Positions 1 through 10,266 of a DNA stretch of 32,000 nucleotides are shown piece by piece. Positions within the stretch are counted from its first letter, which is position 1; every line of letters starts with the position of its first letter. The notes under the pieces were generated by a model. That model was not told where the DNA came from, searched no databases, and worked only from the letters and a program-made list of their open reading frames with translations. This stretch comes from Candidatus Saccharimonadota bacterium (GTDB lineage Bacteria; Pseudomonadota; Alphaproteobacteria; Rickettsiales; Anaplasmataceae): positions 330,001 to 362,000 of the forward strand of contig NZ_CP046579.1 in assembly GCF_013365475.1 (NCBI RefSeq). The letters run 5' to 3'. The translations under genes were made by a program, and so were the position numbers.

Positions 1-1028
1 GTACCATTTGAAACTATATATACTCCAAATTCACCTTTTGGTGCTTCAACAGCTGCATAAGCCTCACCTTCTGGTACATGGTAACCCTCTGAATAAAGCT
101 TAAAATGGTGGATGAGAGCTTCCATAGACTTTTTCATCTCTGCTCTTGGTGGTGGAGAAATTTTTCTATCTTCAGTTTTTACTGGACCATTAGGCATTCT
201 TTCTATACACTGCTTTACCAAGCCAATAGACTGCCTAATCTCTTCCATCCTTACTAGATAACGGTCATAACAGTCACCGTTTTGCCCAACAGGTATGTCA
301 AAATCTAATTGATCATATATCTCATATGGCTGGCTTTTTCTCAAATCCCAAGCAAGTCCAGAGGCACGTAACATTGGACCGCTAAAGCCCCAGTCAAGAA
401 CCTGTTTGGTTGACATTTCACTGATTCCTACAGTACGTTGTTTCCATATTCTATTTTCTGTTAAGAGCTCATCAACATCATCTATATACTTTGGAAATTG
501 CTCTATGAACTTTGCAATATCCTCAATCAGGCCATCTGGAACGTCTGCTGCAACTCCACCTGGTCTGATATAAGCTGCATGAAATCTTGCACCTGAAGCT
601 CTTTCATAAAATTCAAGTATCTTTTCTCTTTCCTCAAAAAGCCATAAAAGAGGAGTTATTGCACCAACGTCAAGTGCTTGAGAGGAAATATTGAGTAGAT
701 GGTTAAGTATTCTTGTCAATTCGCAAAACAGAACACGTAAATATTTTGCTCTGATTGGAATTTTACATTGTAGTAATTTCTCTACGCATAGAGAATATGC
801 ATGTTCTTGTGACATTGGTGATACGTAATCAAGACGATCGAAATAAGGCAAGGCTTGAAGGTATGTTTTGTGTTCTATTAATTTTTCAGTACCACGGTGT
901 AAAAGACCAATATGTGGATCAGCTCTTTCGATCACTTCACCATCCATTTCTAAAACAAGACGTAGAACTCCGTGTGCAGCTGGGTGTTGAGGTCCAAAAT
1001 TTAACATCATTGTCTTTAAATCAGGCAT
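1..1028 (-). CDS. nuoD: NADH-quinone oxidoreductase subunit D, N-terminal 342 codons (3' end runs off the window)
   Basis: Manual translation of the minus strand from ATG at 1028-1026 gives [52 protein letters not shown]...[13 protein letters not shown]...[14 protein letters not shown], the canonical NuoD/49-kDa subunit sequence. It is absent from the ORF track because it has no stop inside the window. Confidence 0.9.
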   Translation of the reverse strand, partial: MPDLKTMMLNFGPQHPAAHGVLRLVLEMDGEVIERADPHIGLLHRGTEKLIEHKTYLQALPYFDRLDYVSPMSQEHAYSLCVEKLLQCKIPIRAKYLRVLFCELTRILNHLLNISSQALDVGAITPLLWLFEEREKILEFYERASGARFHAAYIRPGGVAADVPDGLIEDIAKFIEQFPKYIDDVDELLTENRIWKQRTVGISEMSTKQVLDWGFSGPMLRASGLAWDLRKSQPYEIYDQLDFDIPVGQNGDCYDRYLVRMEEIRQSIGLVKQCIERMPNGPVKTEDRKISPPPRAEMKKSMEALIHHFKLYSEGYHVPEGEAYAAVEAPKGEFGVYIVSNG

Positions 1029-1754
1029 ATACAGTAATTTGAGATATTGAAGTTATTAATAAGTGTATTAAAAGTAAATAAATCTCTCACATGATAATTT
1101 AACAGCACACTAAATATAATCAGAAATAGGTGAAATCACTTGATAAATTTTGCAAATGACCTTTATTATAACTAATAAGTATTCATTATCTTCAATCTGT
1201 GCAAGTGAAATAATAAATTTATTGCGCAATTTGTTTCTTGTGTTTAGTTTTGTGCTATGTATGCTTCATATTTTTATAAATTTTACTTAGAATTCTAGGT
1301 TTCATTTTAATAGCTTAACTTTTGTATTAGCCATGTAGCATAAACCATAACATAAATTTCTACTCTCGTACTTTTGTTTTTTACATTTGGACTAACTCTA
1401 GTCCTAACTTTTTGATTATTAGTCTACCGCCAATTCATTCTATATTAGAATTTTGTTCGTTTGGCTTCATCGAACCTTACTTTGTTTTGCACTGTCCAAT
1501 GACAGACATACTAAAAGCAGGCATAGTTTATTTTATGAATATAGTTTGTATAACTGATCAAGCCAAGGCTGATTTCTATAGCTAACTAAAATATTTTCTT
1601 ATTCCTTTATACATGAAAGTTTTATATGAGTCTCTCAGAAAATTTATTATCTTTATAATTATTAGAGATTATTATTGGTTTAGTAATACTTTTTTTTAAA
1701 GCAAGATACAACTTCGTATTAGTAACATTTCTTTTGGATTAAAAATTACCTTTT

Positions 1755-2540
1755 CTAACTATTTGAATTGAACTTCAGATTTAATGCACTCAAAAATAAA
1801 GTTGTCCCTAATAAGATCATGGGTACAGACAGTAACTGTCCCATAGTTAAACCAAACCATAAGTAGCCAATTTGACAATCTGGTTCTCGGAAAAACTCGA
1901 CTACGAAGCGTGCTATTCCATACCATATAACTGCAATGCTTGTTAACGCACCATGGTATATTTTTATTTTAGTCAAGAAAAATAGTAGGTTTATAGCTGT
2001 GAAAAGCAGTAGCCCCTCAAAAAATGCCTCATAAAGTTGACTTGGATGACGAAGCAAATTATCACTATTTTCTGAAAATGCAATTCCCCACGGTATTGTT
2101 GTAACTCTGCCAAATAACTCCCCATTTATGAGATTGCCTATGCGACCTAAAAATAAACCTACAGGGACGCCGCAGGAAATTAGATCTAGTGTATAAAATA
2201 TGGGCATTTTATGCCTTTTACATGAAATTGTTACTGCAATAAGCACTCCTACAGCTCCACCGTGAAATGACATGCCACCTTGCCAGGTTTTTAATATCTC
2301 GATGGGGTTGCTTATATGATAAGATAAATCATATATCAACACATAGCCAAGCCTACCTCCAAGCATGAGGCCTACAATAGTAGATGTTAGTAATGAGTCG
2401 TAAAAGTTCTTAGTAAATACCTTTTTGTTGTCTAGCTCATGCAAATACCAGTATGTGAATACTATACCTAAAACATATGCTAAAGAATACCAATATATAG
2501 AAACAGGGCCTATTTTAAAAATTACTGGACTTAAAGGCAT
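1755..2540 (-). CDS. lgt: Prolipoprotein diacylglyceryl transferase
   Basis: 261-aa polytopic membrane ORF. The N-terminus ([17 protein letters not shown]), GGRLGY, HGG and [14 protein letters not shown] motifs are typical of Lgt. Confidence 0.9.
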   Translation of the reverse strand: MPLSPVIFKIGPVSIYWYSLAYVLGIVFTYWYLHELDNKKVFTKNFYDSLLTSTIVGLMLGGRLGYVLIYDLSYHISNPIEILKTWQGGMSFHGGAVGVLIAVTISCKRHKMPIFYTLDLISCGVPVGLFLGRIGNLINGELFGRVTTIPWGIAFSENSDNLLRHPSQLYEAFFEGLLLFTAINLLFFLTKIKIYHGALTSIAVIWYGIARFVVEFFREPDCQIGYLWFGLTMGQLLSVPMILLGTTLFLSALNLKFNSNS

Positions 2541-2995
2541 ATTTTGCTAAAATTATTTTTAGATAACCTGCTTTTTTCTCGGTTCCATTCTCTCTGTTTT
2601 ATGGTTAATCTCTTATCATAGAGTTTTTTCCCTTTCACAATAGCAATCCTAGCTTTTGCTAATCCTTCATCATTAAAATAAATTGAAAGTGGCACGACAG
2701 TTGTTCCAGAAGTCTTAATCTGGCTGATTAATTTATTTATCTCTTTTTTATGTAGAAGAAGTTTACGTTCTCTTTTTGGCTTATGATTTTTCCGAGTCGC
2801 AGATTTATATTCTGCAATATGCATGTTATGCAACCATACTTCACCATTTTTTTCAATAATGTAAGCGTCAGAAACGTTTGCTTTTCTTTCCCTTAAAGAT
2901 TTAACTTCACTACTTAACAAAACTATGCCTGCTTCAAATTCTTCCAAGATAAAATATTTAAACCTAGCTTTTCTATTCTCTGTAATGACTTCCAT
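2531..2995 (-). CDS. smpB: SsrA-binding protein SmpB
   Basis: 154 aa, [29 protein letters not shown]... is the classic SmpB N-terminus. It overlaps the lgt start by 10 nt. Confidence 0.92.
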   Translation of the reverse strand: MEVITENRKARFKYFILEEFEAGIVLLSSEVKSLRERKANVSDAYIIEKNGEVWLHNMHIAEYKSATRKNHKPKRERKLLLHKKEINKLISQIKTSGTTVVPLSIYFNDEGLAKARIAIVKGKKLYDKRLTIKQREWNREKSRLSKNNFSKICL

Positions 2996-3120
2996 ATTTG
3001 GAAATGTTCTTGCAATCTTTAATATGTTACAAGTTTTTTATCTTTGATCATAATAAAATACTAAACAATATAAGTTATTTATGCCCTAAAAGGATTGCTG
3101 CTAAATAAATTGACCAATTG

Positions 3121-3720
3121 TTACTTTCCTTTTTTATTTTTATTACAACAAGGTTTTTCTTGATCAATCATTTCTTCCCCAACTTCTTTAATTTTTAGTA
3201 TTAACGACTCTGGTACATATATATTAACTATGTTTTCTATTGTTACAAATAAAACCTGATAAGAGTGTGAGCCTGTTATCCAATCAGGTAATATTTCTTC
3301 TATTTTAGATAGTTCCTCTTTTTTGTCATGCGCTACGTAGCAGTATAAGTATAAGATTAGGAATAACATATGAGAAAGTAGTATTCCTTTGAGTATTCCA
3401 ATACAGACTCCAGTAACTCTATCAACTAACCCTAACCTTATAGGTGATAATATATACATCAGCCAGTTATTCATTAACATGAATATGAAATTAAGCACAA
3501 CAAACACAGAAATTGTAGAAAATATATTTTGAGTAGCTTCAGAATCAAAATATTTACTGTAATTTATAGTGAAAAAATCGTAATGGTTAACTGTTAGAAA
3601 AACAGATGAGCACAAAAACATTAACGCAAATAGCTCTTTTATGAAGCCTCTAGTTACTGAGATTATTGCACATATAACAATAATGAAGATAATGATGCAG
3701 TCAAAAAGCATACTATACAT
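3121..3720 (-). CDS. CvpA-family integral membrane protein
   Basis: 199 aa with 4-5 predicted TM helices. The N-terminal pattern D-x-I-I-x(8)-A-I-x(4)-G-F-I-K-E resembles the colicin V production (CvpA) family. Assignment is by motif memory only. Confidence 0.65.
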   Translation of the reverse strand: MYSMLFDCIIIFIIVICAIISVTRGFIKELFALMFLCSSVFLTVNHYDFFTINYSKYFDSEATQNIFSTISVFVVLNFIFMLMNNWLMYILSPIRLGLVDRVTGVCIGILKGILLSHMLFLILYLYCYVAHDKKEELSKIEEILPDWITGSHSYQVLFVTIENIVNIYVPESLILKIKEVGEEMIDQEKPCCNKNKKGK

Positions 3721-3762
3721 CTGTAGTTCCTAAATATAATATTATATAATGAAGTTGTAAAA

Positions 3763-4359
3763 TTAGTTATATTTATGCTGTGTCAGTCTATCTAAATAAC
3801 GAGCAATTATATCAACTTCTAAATTTAGAAGATCATTTACTTTATTAAACTGAAAAGTTGTGTTTTCCCATGTATAGAGAATGATGTTTACTGTAAACTC
3901 TTGATTAGTGATTGAGTTTACTGTTAAGGAAACTCCATCTAGCGTCACAGATCCCTTCTTTGCAACAAATTTGATTAATTCTTTAGGGCAGAATAACTTG
4001 ATTTCATGGGAACCAAAATTTTGATTAATTGCTAAAATTTGCACTGTTTCATCTACATGACCTTGGACTAAGTGACCATCGATTCTATCACTTAATCTCA
4101 TTGCTTGCTCTAAGTTTATTTTTTTTCCTATTTTCCATGTGTTTAGATTGGAAATTTTCATAGTTTCTTGAGAGGCTCTAACTATGAATGTATCATTTAT
4201 TATGTCAACAGCAGTTAAACACACACCAGAACAGGCTATTGAGTCTCCCTCATGTATGGGAAGTAAATTTTGCGCCTTAATATAGAAAATTTGATCAGAA
4301 TTAGAACAAGTAGTAGAACCAATTATATCTCCGATATCTGTAATGACCCCTGTAAACAT
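3763..4359 (-). CDS. ribE: Riboflavin synthase (alpha chain)
   Basis: 198 aa, MFTGVITDIG start, internal duplicated lumazine-binding halves (GDSIACSGVCLTAV / GSVTLDGVSLTVN). Confidence 0.9.
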   Translation of the reverse strand: MFTGVITDIGDIIGSTTCSNSDQIFYIKAQNLLPIHEGDSIACSGVCLTAVDIINDTFIVRASQETMKISNLNTWKIGKKINLEQAMRLSDRIDGHLVQGHVDETVQILAINQNFGSHEIKLFCPKELIKFVAKKGSVTLDGVSLTVNSITNQEFTVNIILYTWENTTFQFNKVNDLLNLEVDIIARYLDRLTQHKYN

Positions 4360-5808
4360 ATAAAGAAAACAAAGCTATTTTATCATATTAAAATTCTTTA
4401 AGGCAACTTGTTTCTGTTCTCCCAAATGGGGAAGGAGGCTTATTTTGATTTCTGTTTAGAAAATTCTTCCTAGTATTTTTGGCACAAAAATAAGCTAAAT
4501 TCAAGATATATAGATAGAGGACAATATCAAAAATATACGAAGTAAGCTCTTTCCCATGGAATATGACCTTAACACCAGTCTGCAATCAGTGTTGTCTGGT
4601 GAGGATTTATTCAGGTTATGGATTATTCGTGACCTTCTTTATGCAGAACTTTCATTTCTAGGTTGTAAAAAGTTATCGTATATGAATACCTAAAACTGGC
4701 TTGAGTGATTGCTTTCTTATATACGTTTACTTTTAGATATTCTTTCGTGGGAAAATTTACCGGTTAGCTATAGTATTTCTGATGTTACTTATATTTCATA
4801 TAATTATTTATTTTAAGAACAAATAGTATAAAAAGCTAAATTAAAATCATTATAAAATATTCCTTAATTTGATACTCACTGCTATTTCAATAAAATAGCT
4901 CATCAAAATTTCCCTTATACTCAAATAGAGTAACTATTATAGCTAAGTTAGCATTAATTTAAACTTATTTTATTAGTAGATTATTTTCTTCTTTTGCTAA
5001 TTCTTCTCTATATCTGACCAGCTTTTTTCTCTATACTTAAAAACATACCCTGTATGGCCTGATATTTGGTTATTTTTTTGCATGTTCTTAGTATTGCGTG
5101 ATATCCAGTCTTTTTGTTTTTTAGGAAACTTGGTAAGTAAAAAAAGACCTAGAAGGAAGTATTTCACACATTGTTGACAATTGCTATAAAATTGCCATGT
5201 GAGTGTAATCTGCTAGGTTATAGCAAAAGGAGGCTTTGACTGATCCGACTTATTTATCTTGCATTATTTTTATTTATTATTTAGGATTCTTAGATTTTCT
5301 AATGTTTTTTCCTTAATTTGGAGAAGTTCGATCTTGTAGCTGAGGTTAATTTTTAGTATTTACTTATATGTGATTGCTAATTAATTTTCTGTGATTTGAT
5401 AGTAATCATTATGTGATTTACTACTTTTTTGATACTCTTAACTAGCTATTAGCATAAAATTTTGCTTAAAATGTTATTATACTTTTGTTTGACACTTCCA
5501 TCTTCTAGTCCTTAGTGTTTTTTTTTAAGCTTAAAGTAAAACTATTATATTCTTTGTAAGCCTCTGAGTAGAGGATACTGATTTCCATCATTGAAGATAT
5601 TTTTTATGTCTTTATATTTTCCTTTGTTTCTTAAAGAGCTTGCCAAATCATATATTTTATATTCTTCTTTAGTTTTAATGCTGCTGCATATAGTTAATAT
5701 GGTGTGTTCTCAGTATAAAATTAGATAAATGAAGTGTAATTAATCAACTAGCTAGTAATTTGGGAAGTAATTTCTTGAGTTGTTGATGCTATGTAAAGTT
5801 TTGCTATA

Positions 5809-6879
5809 ATGAAAATTTCAATTAGCATTTCTGGAATGAATGAAGATCTACTAAATGAAATACCCTTGCTTGAGAATAAAGCTATATCTGAAATTGAACA
5901 TGCTTCTTCCTTGAAAGATTTAGAAAAAGTTAGGCTATTGTATTTAGGGAAAAAAGGTGTGATTAAAGCGTATTTTAGTGATTTAAAAAAAATGCGAAAC
6001 GCAGGAAAGAAGCGTAATTTGAGCATGGTCATCAATTTATTACGCAATAAGTTAGATCAGCTTATAATTAATAGGAAAAGTGTGCTAAAAGCCAGGGAAG
6101 TTGACTTTGAATTGCGAAGTGATACAGTTGATGTCACGTTACCTATTAGGCCAGAAAAAATTGGCAAAGTTCATCCACTTAGTAAAATTATAAATGAAGT
6201 AAAGTGCATCTTTGCAGATATAGGATTCAAAGCAGTAGATGGTCCAGAAATTGAGGATGAATTTTATGTATTTGATGCACTGAATACTCCAAATTATCAT
6301 CCTGCACGTGAAGAACAAGATACTTTCTACTTGAAGAACAAAATAGATAACAAAAGGATGTTACTACGTACCCATACCTCATCTGTGCAGATCAGAATCA
6401 TGGAGAAGGCAAAGACTTTCCCAATTAAGGTAGTAGCTGCAGGCAGGGTATACAGAAATGACTTTGATGCAACTCACACTCCTATGTTCCATCAAATGGA
6501 AGGACTTTATGTAAATGAAAATACCAATATGGGTCAGCTGAAATTTACTATTCACTACTTTCTTAGTAGATTTTTTGGCGATGAAGAACTAAAGATACGT
6601 TTTCGTAACAGTTTTTTCCCTTTTACTGAGCCCTCTGTAGAGGTAGATGTAAGTTATAAGAATAGTAGATGGATTGAAGTACTTGGGTGTGGTCTAGTGC
6701 ATCCAAATGTCTTTCAAAATGTTGGAATAGATTATACTAAATACAATGGTTTCGCATTTGGCGTTGGTATAGAAAGGCTTGCAATGCTAAAATATCAAAT
6801 AGGTGACTTGAGGCACTTTTATGCTAATAGAATCAGCTGGCTCAACCACTATGGGTTTCATTTTTTATCTTTAATGTAA
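5809..6879 (+). CDS. pheS: Phenylalanine--tRNA ligase alpha subunit
   Basis: 356 aa with LRLLYLGKKG, HPAREEQDTFY, LLRTHTSSVQIR, FRNSFFPFTEPS and GFAFGVGIERLAM motifs. An alternative start at 5836 (MNEDLL) is possible. Confidence 0.93.
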   Translation: MKISISISGMNEDLLNEIPLLENKAISEIEHASSLKDLEKVRLLYLGKKGVIKAYFSDLKKMRNAGKKRNLSMVINLLRNKLDQLIINRKSVLKAREVDFELRSDTVDVTLPIRPEKIGKVHPLSKIINEVKCIFADIGFKAVDGPEIEDEFYVFDALNTPNYHPAREEQDTFYLKNKIDNKRMLLRTHTSSVQIRIMEKAKTFPIKVVAAGRVYRNDFDATHTPMFHQMEGLYVNENTNMGQLKFTIHYFLSRFFGDEELKIRFRNSFFPFTEPSVEVDVSYKNSRWIEVLGCGLVHPNVFQNVGIDYTKYNGFAFGVGIERLAMLKYQIGDLRHFYANRISWLNHYGFHFLSLM

Positions 6880-8142
6880 GTGAAAAATAGAGCTTGTGTA
6901 TTTATTATACTTGCTGCTGGGTATGGTAAGCGTATGAATTCATGCTTACCTAAAGTACTGCATGAAATAGGTAATTTTTCTATGCTTAGGCATGTCATTT
7001 GTAATGCGAAAAAGTTAAGTCCTACAAATATAGCTGTTGTGATTGATTTTCCCTTAGTTGAAAGATTAGGTTATCTTGAGAATATACAGTTAATTATACA
7101 AGAATCAACCCTTGGTACAGGAGATGCAGTAAAAACTGCAATGAAAAGCCTAAATGGGCTATCAGATTCAAGTATAGTTGTAATCCAATATGGAGATACT
7201 CCGCTTATAAAAAGTAGCACGATAACTAAAATGCTTAGTTTCTTAGAAGGAAAGACTCTTGTTTGTCTTGGTTTTAAAACTAGTGGCAATGGATATGGTA
7301 GGTTAGTTATTGAGAATAATCTTCTAAGGGGAATCATAGAAGCCCAAAATAGGGAGGATAGCAATGAAGAATTTCTTGCAAATGCTGGAATAATGGTTGC
7401 ACAAGCAAAAGATTTGCGTAGCTTGGTGGAAAAAATAGAGTGCAATAAATTAACTCATGAGTATTACTTGACTGACATAGTTTCCATTGCAATAAAGAGC
7501 AATTTAGATGTAGGTTATGTTACTACTGAAGAGGAAGAGGCAATTGGTATAAATGATAGGAGTGATCTTATAAAAGCTGAGTTTTACTTTCAGGAGAGTC
7601 AAAGAAAAATTTTTACTAATTTAGGTGTAACACTTGTTGCTCCGGAGACTGTTTTTTTTTCTTTTGATACAGAGATTGGTATGGATTCGATTATTTATCC
7701 ATATGTTTTTTTTGGCCCTGGAGTAAAAATAGGATCAGGTACTAGAATAGGTCCATTTACAAAATGTGCATACACATCAATTGGTGATAATGCAGTTGTT
7801 GGAAATTTTGTCGAAGTAAAAGTAAGTGATATAGGTAAAAATACTAAAATAAAACACTTAAGCTATATAGGGAATACTAAAATAGGAACTGGAAGTAATA
7901 TAGGTGCTGGTGCTGTTATTTGTAATTTTGATGGAAAAAAGAAACATGAAACGAACATTGGAAGTAATTGTCTTATTGGTGCAAATAGTTCGTTGATTGC
8001 GCCACTCAGTGTTCATGATGAATCTATAATTGCAGCAGGTAGCATTATAGTTAAGGATGTGCCAAGAAAAAGGCTTGTGATAACGAAAAGAAAACAAATG
8101 ATTAAGAAAATAAAGAGTAGCCCTATCAAAGACTCTTCTTAA
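6880..8142 (+). CDS. glmU: Bifunctional UDP-N-acetylglucosamine pyrophosphorylase / glucosamine-1-phosphate N-acetyltransferase
   Basis: 420 aa. The N-terminal LAAGYGKRMNSCLPKVLH nucleotidyltransferase motif is followed by C-terminal left-handed beta-helix hexapeptide repeats (IGDNAVVGNFVEV..IGTGSNIGAGAVI..IGSNCLIGANSSL). The GTG start directly abuts the pheS TAA stop. Confidence 0.88.
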   Translation: MKNRACVFIILAAGYGKRMNSCLPKVLHEIGNFSMLRHVICNAKKLSPTNIAVVIDFPLVERLGYLENIQLIIQESTLGTGDAVKTAMKSLNGLSDSSIVVIQYGDTPLIKSSTITKMLSFLEGKTLVCLGFKTSGNGYGRLVIENNLLRGIIEAQNREDSNEEFLANAGIMVAQAKDLRSLVEKIECNKLTHEYYLTDIVSIAIKSNLDVGYVTTEEEEAIGINDRSDLIKAEFYFQESQRKIFTNLGVTLVAPETVFFSFDTEIGMDSIIYPYVFFGPGVKIGSGTRIGPFTKCAYTSIGDNAVVGNFVEVKVSDIGKNTKIKHLSYIGNTKIGTGSNIGAGAVICNFDGKKKHETNIGSNCLIGANSSLIAPLSVHDESIIAAGSIIVKDVPRKRLVITKRKQMIKKIKSSPIKDSS

Positions 8143-8147
8143 GTTTC

Positions 8148-8173
8148 AAGGTGTTACATGGCATGTACACCTT
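8148..8173 (+). terminator. Near-perfect hairpin 5 nt after the glmU stop (possible terminator or RNA-stability stem)
   Basis: aaggtgt(t)acatg-g-catgtacacctt forms about 11 bp with one bulged T. No U-tract follows, so intrinsic-terminator function is uncertain. Confidence 0.35.
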
Positions 8174-8916
8174 ACTTAAAAGATGTTACTTGTTTATAAT
8201 ATTAATTCCTGATCTTCTAGTAGTTTTTGTGCTACTGGTATCTATATTAAGCTTTATATTATGTTTGGCTTCATGTAAATTTGCGAATTAATTAATTTTT
8301 CATTTGATGAATGAGGTAAGTTCATTTGTTTTTCCTTTCACTCTTTATTACATACTTGATAAGTACATAGACCTATAAAACTAATTAAAAAAACAATAAT
8401 ATTTGCCGTGATGTAACATGTCAATGTTATTTTTTTGTCAGTTTTCCCACTTTTTCTTGCATGTTGTTTAAGGCGTTCTTGTATAAGTTGTAGCTGTTCA
8501 GTACCAGCCTTTTCCTAATATACTAGATGCCTTTTTAAACTGCTCAGATCTTTTGAGCTCCTTCTAGCGCTCCTTTTCCGATTCATTGGATACGAGTAAT
8601 AAATCATGAAGCAGCTTTGTTGACATCTTTAACTACAGGTAATTGGCATTAAAGTTTTATATTCTCAATGGTTTTATTATTAAAGTAGCTTGTCTCGGAA
8701 ATAAGGACTTTTTACTAAGGAGTATCATTACATACTCTTCTCATACTTCTATTTTTCATCCTGCTACGAAGTTTCTCTTCTTGATGAAGATATCTTAATA
8801 GCATAGTGATGTTACCTGTGCTTTGTAGGCATTTTACATGTATTGTCAGCAATGATAGTTGAAATAAATATTTTTATGTTATACTAATATCCAATCACAT
8901 TAAAGGAATTGGTTAA

Positions 8917-9528
8917 ATGATACACCAAAAAATGGTAGTAATTAATGCAGAGTTACGTAGTGTAATAAAAGCAAAGGCAATGTGTTCTTTAAGAAAGAAA
9001 GGTTATGTACCTGCAGTTATATATGGCAAAGGGCATGATAATATAAACTTGACATTGTCTATGAAAGAATTTATGAAGCAGTATAAATTGGGGTTTCTTT
9101 CTGCTCATGTGATAGAATTAAACATTTCAGGCAAAAAAGAATATGCTCTTGTTCGCGATATTCAATGGCATGTGGTAAATGATACTGTTCAACATGTTGA
9201 TTTTCAATTTATTGATAAAGATGGTGAAGTTAAAATAGATATACCTTTATTATTTACTAATGAAACTAAATCTCCAGGAATCAAATTGGGTGGGATACTT
9301 AATATTTTATACCGTTCTATTACTGTTAGAAGCTCTCTAGATAAAATACCTAAAGCTATAGAAGTTGATTTATCCGATAAAATGATTGGTCAGTCTGTAC
9401 ACATAAGTGATATAAAATTGCCAGATGGTGTTAAGCTTGCGGCGCATGATGAGGAAAATTTTACTATTGTTACAATTTCTGCTGTTGATAGTGATATTGA
9501 AGAATCTAAAGTAGAAACAGAGGAATAG
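8917..9528 (+). CDS. rplY: 50S ribosomal protein L25 / general stress protein Ctc (long form)
   Basis: 203 aa with LRKKGYVPAVIYGKG and the HVDFQ motif plus an acidic C-terminal tail. The start could also be 8932. Confidence 0.85.
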   Translation: MIHQKMVVINAELRSVIKAKAMCSLRKKGYVPAVIYGKGHDNINLTLSMKEFMKQYKLGFLSAHVIELNISGKKEYALVRDIQWHVVNDTVQHVDFQFIDKDGEVKIDIPLLFTNETKSPGIKLGGILNILYRSITVRSSLDKIPKAIEVDLSDKMIGQSVHISDIKLPDGVKLAAHDEENFTIVTISAVDSDIEESKVETEE

Positions 9529-10067
9529 TGCGTTTGTTAATTGGACTTGGCAATCCAGGTATTAAATACAAGTTAACTTACCATAATATTGGCTTTTTTG
9601 TTGTTGATAAAATTTGTAAGTACTGGAATTTTCAGGCGTTTTCTAGGAAAGATGACTGTTTAATAACTTCTGGTATAATTAATGAAGATAAAATTATATT
9701 GCTAAAGCCATATTCATTTATGAATAACTCAGGTATTCCTGTTGCAAGGATACGAAACTTTTATAAATTTCCATTAGAAAATATTATTGTTATACATGAT
9801 GATGCTGACCTAGAATTTGGAAGAGTAAAGATAAAGAAGGGTGGAGGTTCTGCTGGACATAATGGGCTTAAATCTATGGATAGCCTTATTAGTAATAATT
9901 ATTGGCGCCTAAGGTTTGGAATAGGCAGACCAGACGGTCAAAAAGGTCTAGCAGATTATGTATTGTCTGAATTTCAAAGCCTTGAAAAGGCTACCGTCTT
10001 AGCAGAGAAAATAGCGAAAGATATAAACTTAATACTGCAAGAGATAAGACTGCTTTCGTTAGCCTAA
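9528..10067 (+). CDS. pth: Peptidyl-tRNA hydrolase
   Basis: 179 aa with LLIGLGNPG..Y..T.HNIGF, and HDD.DL..G..K.K.GG...GHNGLKS. The GTG start overlaps the rplY TAG stop by 1 nt. Confidence 0.9.
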   Translation: MRLLIGLGNPGIKYKLTYHNIGFFVVDKICKYWNFQAFSRKDDCLITSGIINEDKIILLKPYSFMNNSGIPVARIRNFYKFPLENIIVIHDDADLEFGRVKIKKGGGSAGHNGLKSMDSLISNNYWRLRFGIGRPDGQKGLADYVLSEFQSLEKATVLAEKIAKDINLILQEIRLLSLA

Positions 10068-10189
10068 TTATTTAACATAATATAAATCCTCATTAACTTG
10101 GAAATTAGGTAAGCATTCAAATGACCTGAATATATATAAAACATATCTAATGCTTTTGTTTCTATTCTATGAAGTAAAAAACATTTTAT

Positions 10190-10266
10190 TGGGGCGAGCG
10201 ACCAGGATCGAACTGGCGACATTCAGTACCACAAACTGACACTCTACCAACTGAGCTACACCCGCC
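10190..10266 (-). tRNA. tRNA-His (anticodon GUG) with genomically encoded G-1 and 3' CCA
   Basis: Manual cloverleaf on the minus strand: G-1, acceptor GCGGGTG/CGCTCGC, D arm GCTC-AGTTGGTA-GAGT, anticodon arm TCAGT-TTGTGGT-ACTGA, T arm GCCAG-TTCGATC-CTGGT, discriminator C73, then CCA. Confidence 0.9.

Noticed and set aside
1455-1505. The minus-strand peptide ..TVQNKVRFDEAKR.. resembles the NuoC C-terminal motif (TGYVE[LV]RYD[DE]E.KR), hinting at a nuoC relic upstream of nuoD.
   Set aside because: Only about 6 identities over 13 residues, with no supporting upstream or downstream NuoC motifs (no ..EPV.L.Q.FR.FD..SPWE). It also sits about 430 bp from the nuoD start, too far for the nuoC 3' end. 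It is worth a tblastx but is not supportable from reading alone.
2996-3120. I looked for a tmRNA (ssrA, two-piece in alphaproteobacteria) near smpB. I also looked for RNase P, SRP or 6S RNA cores in all the spacers.
   Set aside because: There are no tRNA-like T-arm/acceptor modules other than the three annotated tRNAs, and no GAGGAAAGUCC or SRP GGAA/AGCA-type conserved cores. A covariance-model scan would be needed to exclude divergent versions.
4388-4585. A 65-codon TTG-initiated ORF just upstream of ribE, and the 62-65 codon ORFs at 11570-11767 (minus) and 11671-11859 (plus).
   Set aside because: At this base composition I estimate several ORFs of this length should arise by chance in about 9 kb of spacer x 6 frames. 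They have non-ATG or weak starts, no RBS and no recognisable motifs. They are not reported as genes.
4360-4640. Possible FMN (RFN) riboswitch upstream of ribE, prompted by uuugggagaac on the minus strand resembling the 3' GGAUGGGAGAA segment.
   Set aside because: The rest of the conserved RFN core (GGGUGAAAUUCCC, ACCGGCGGU, CCGAC.GU..AGUC) is absent. One short partial match is not evidence.
4432-5236. The Shine-Dalgarno-like 10-mer aaggaggctt occurs twice in one desert (4432-4441 and 5227-5236). The second copy sits next to a 9-bp perfect inverted repeat (ttgctataa 5181-5189 / ttatagcaa 5218-5226).
   Set aside because: No ORF follows either SD-like site at a workable spacing. AT-rich 9-bp inverted repeats within about 40 nt are expected several times by chance in this much AT-rich DNA. 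The 10-mer recurrence is a post-hoc observation. They may be leftover RBSs of dead genes but cannot be supported further.
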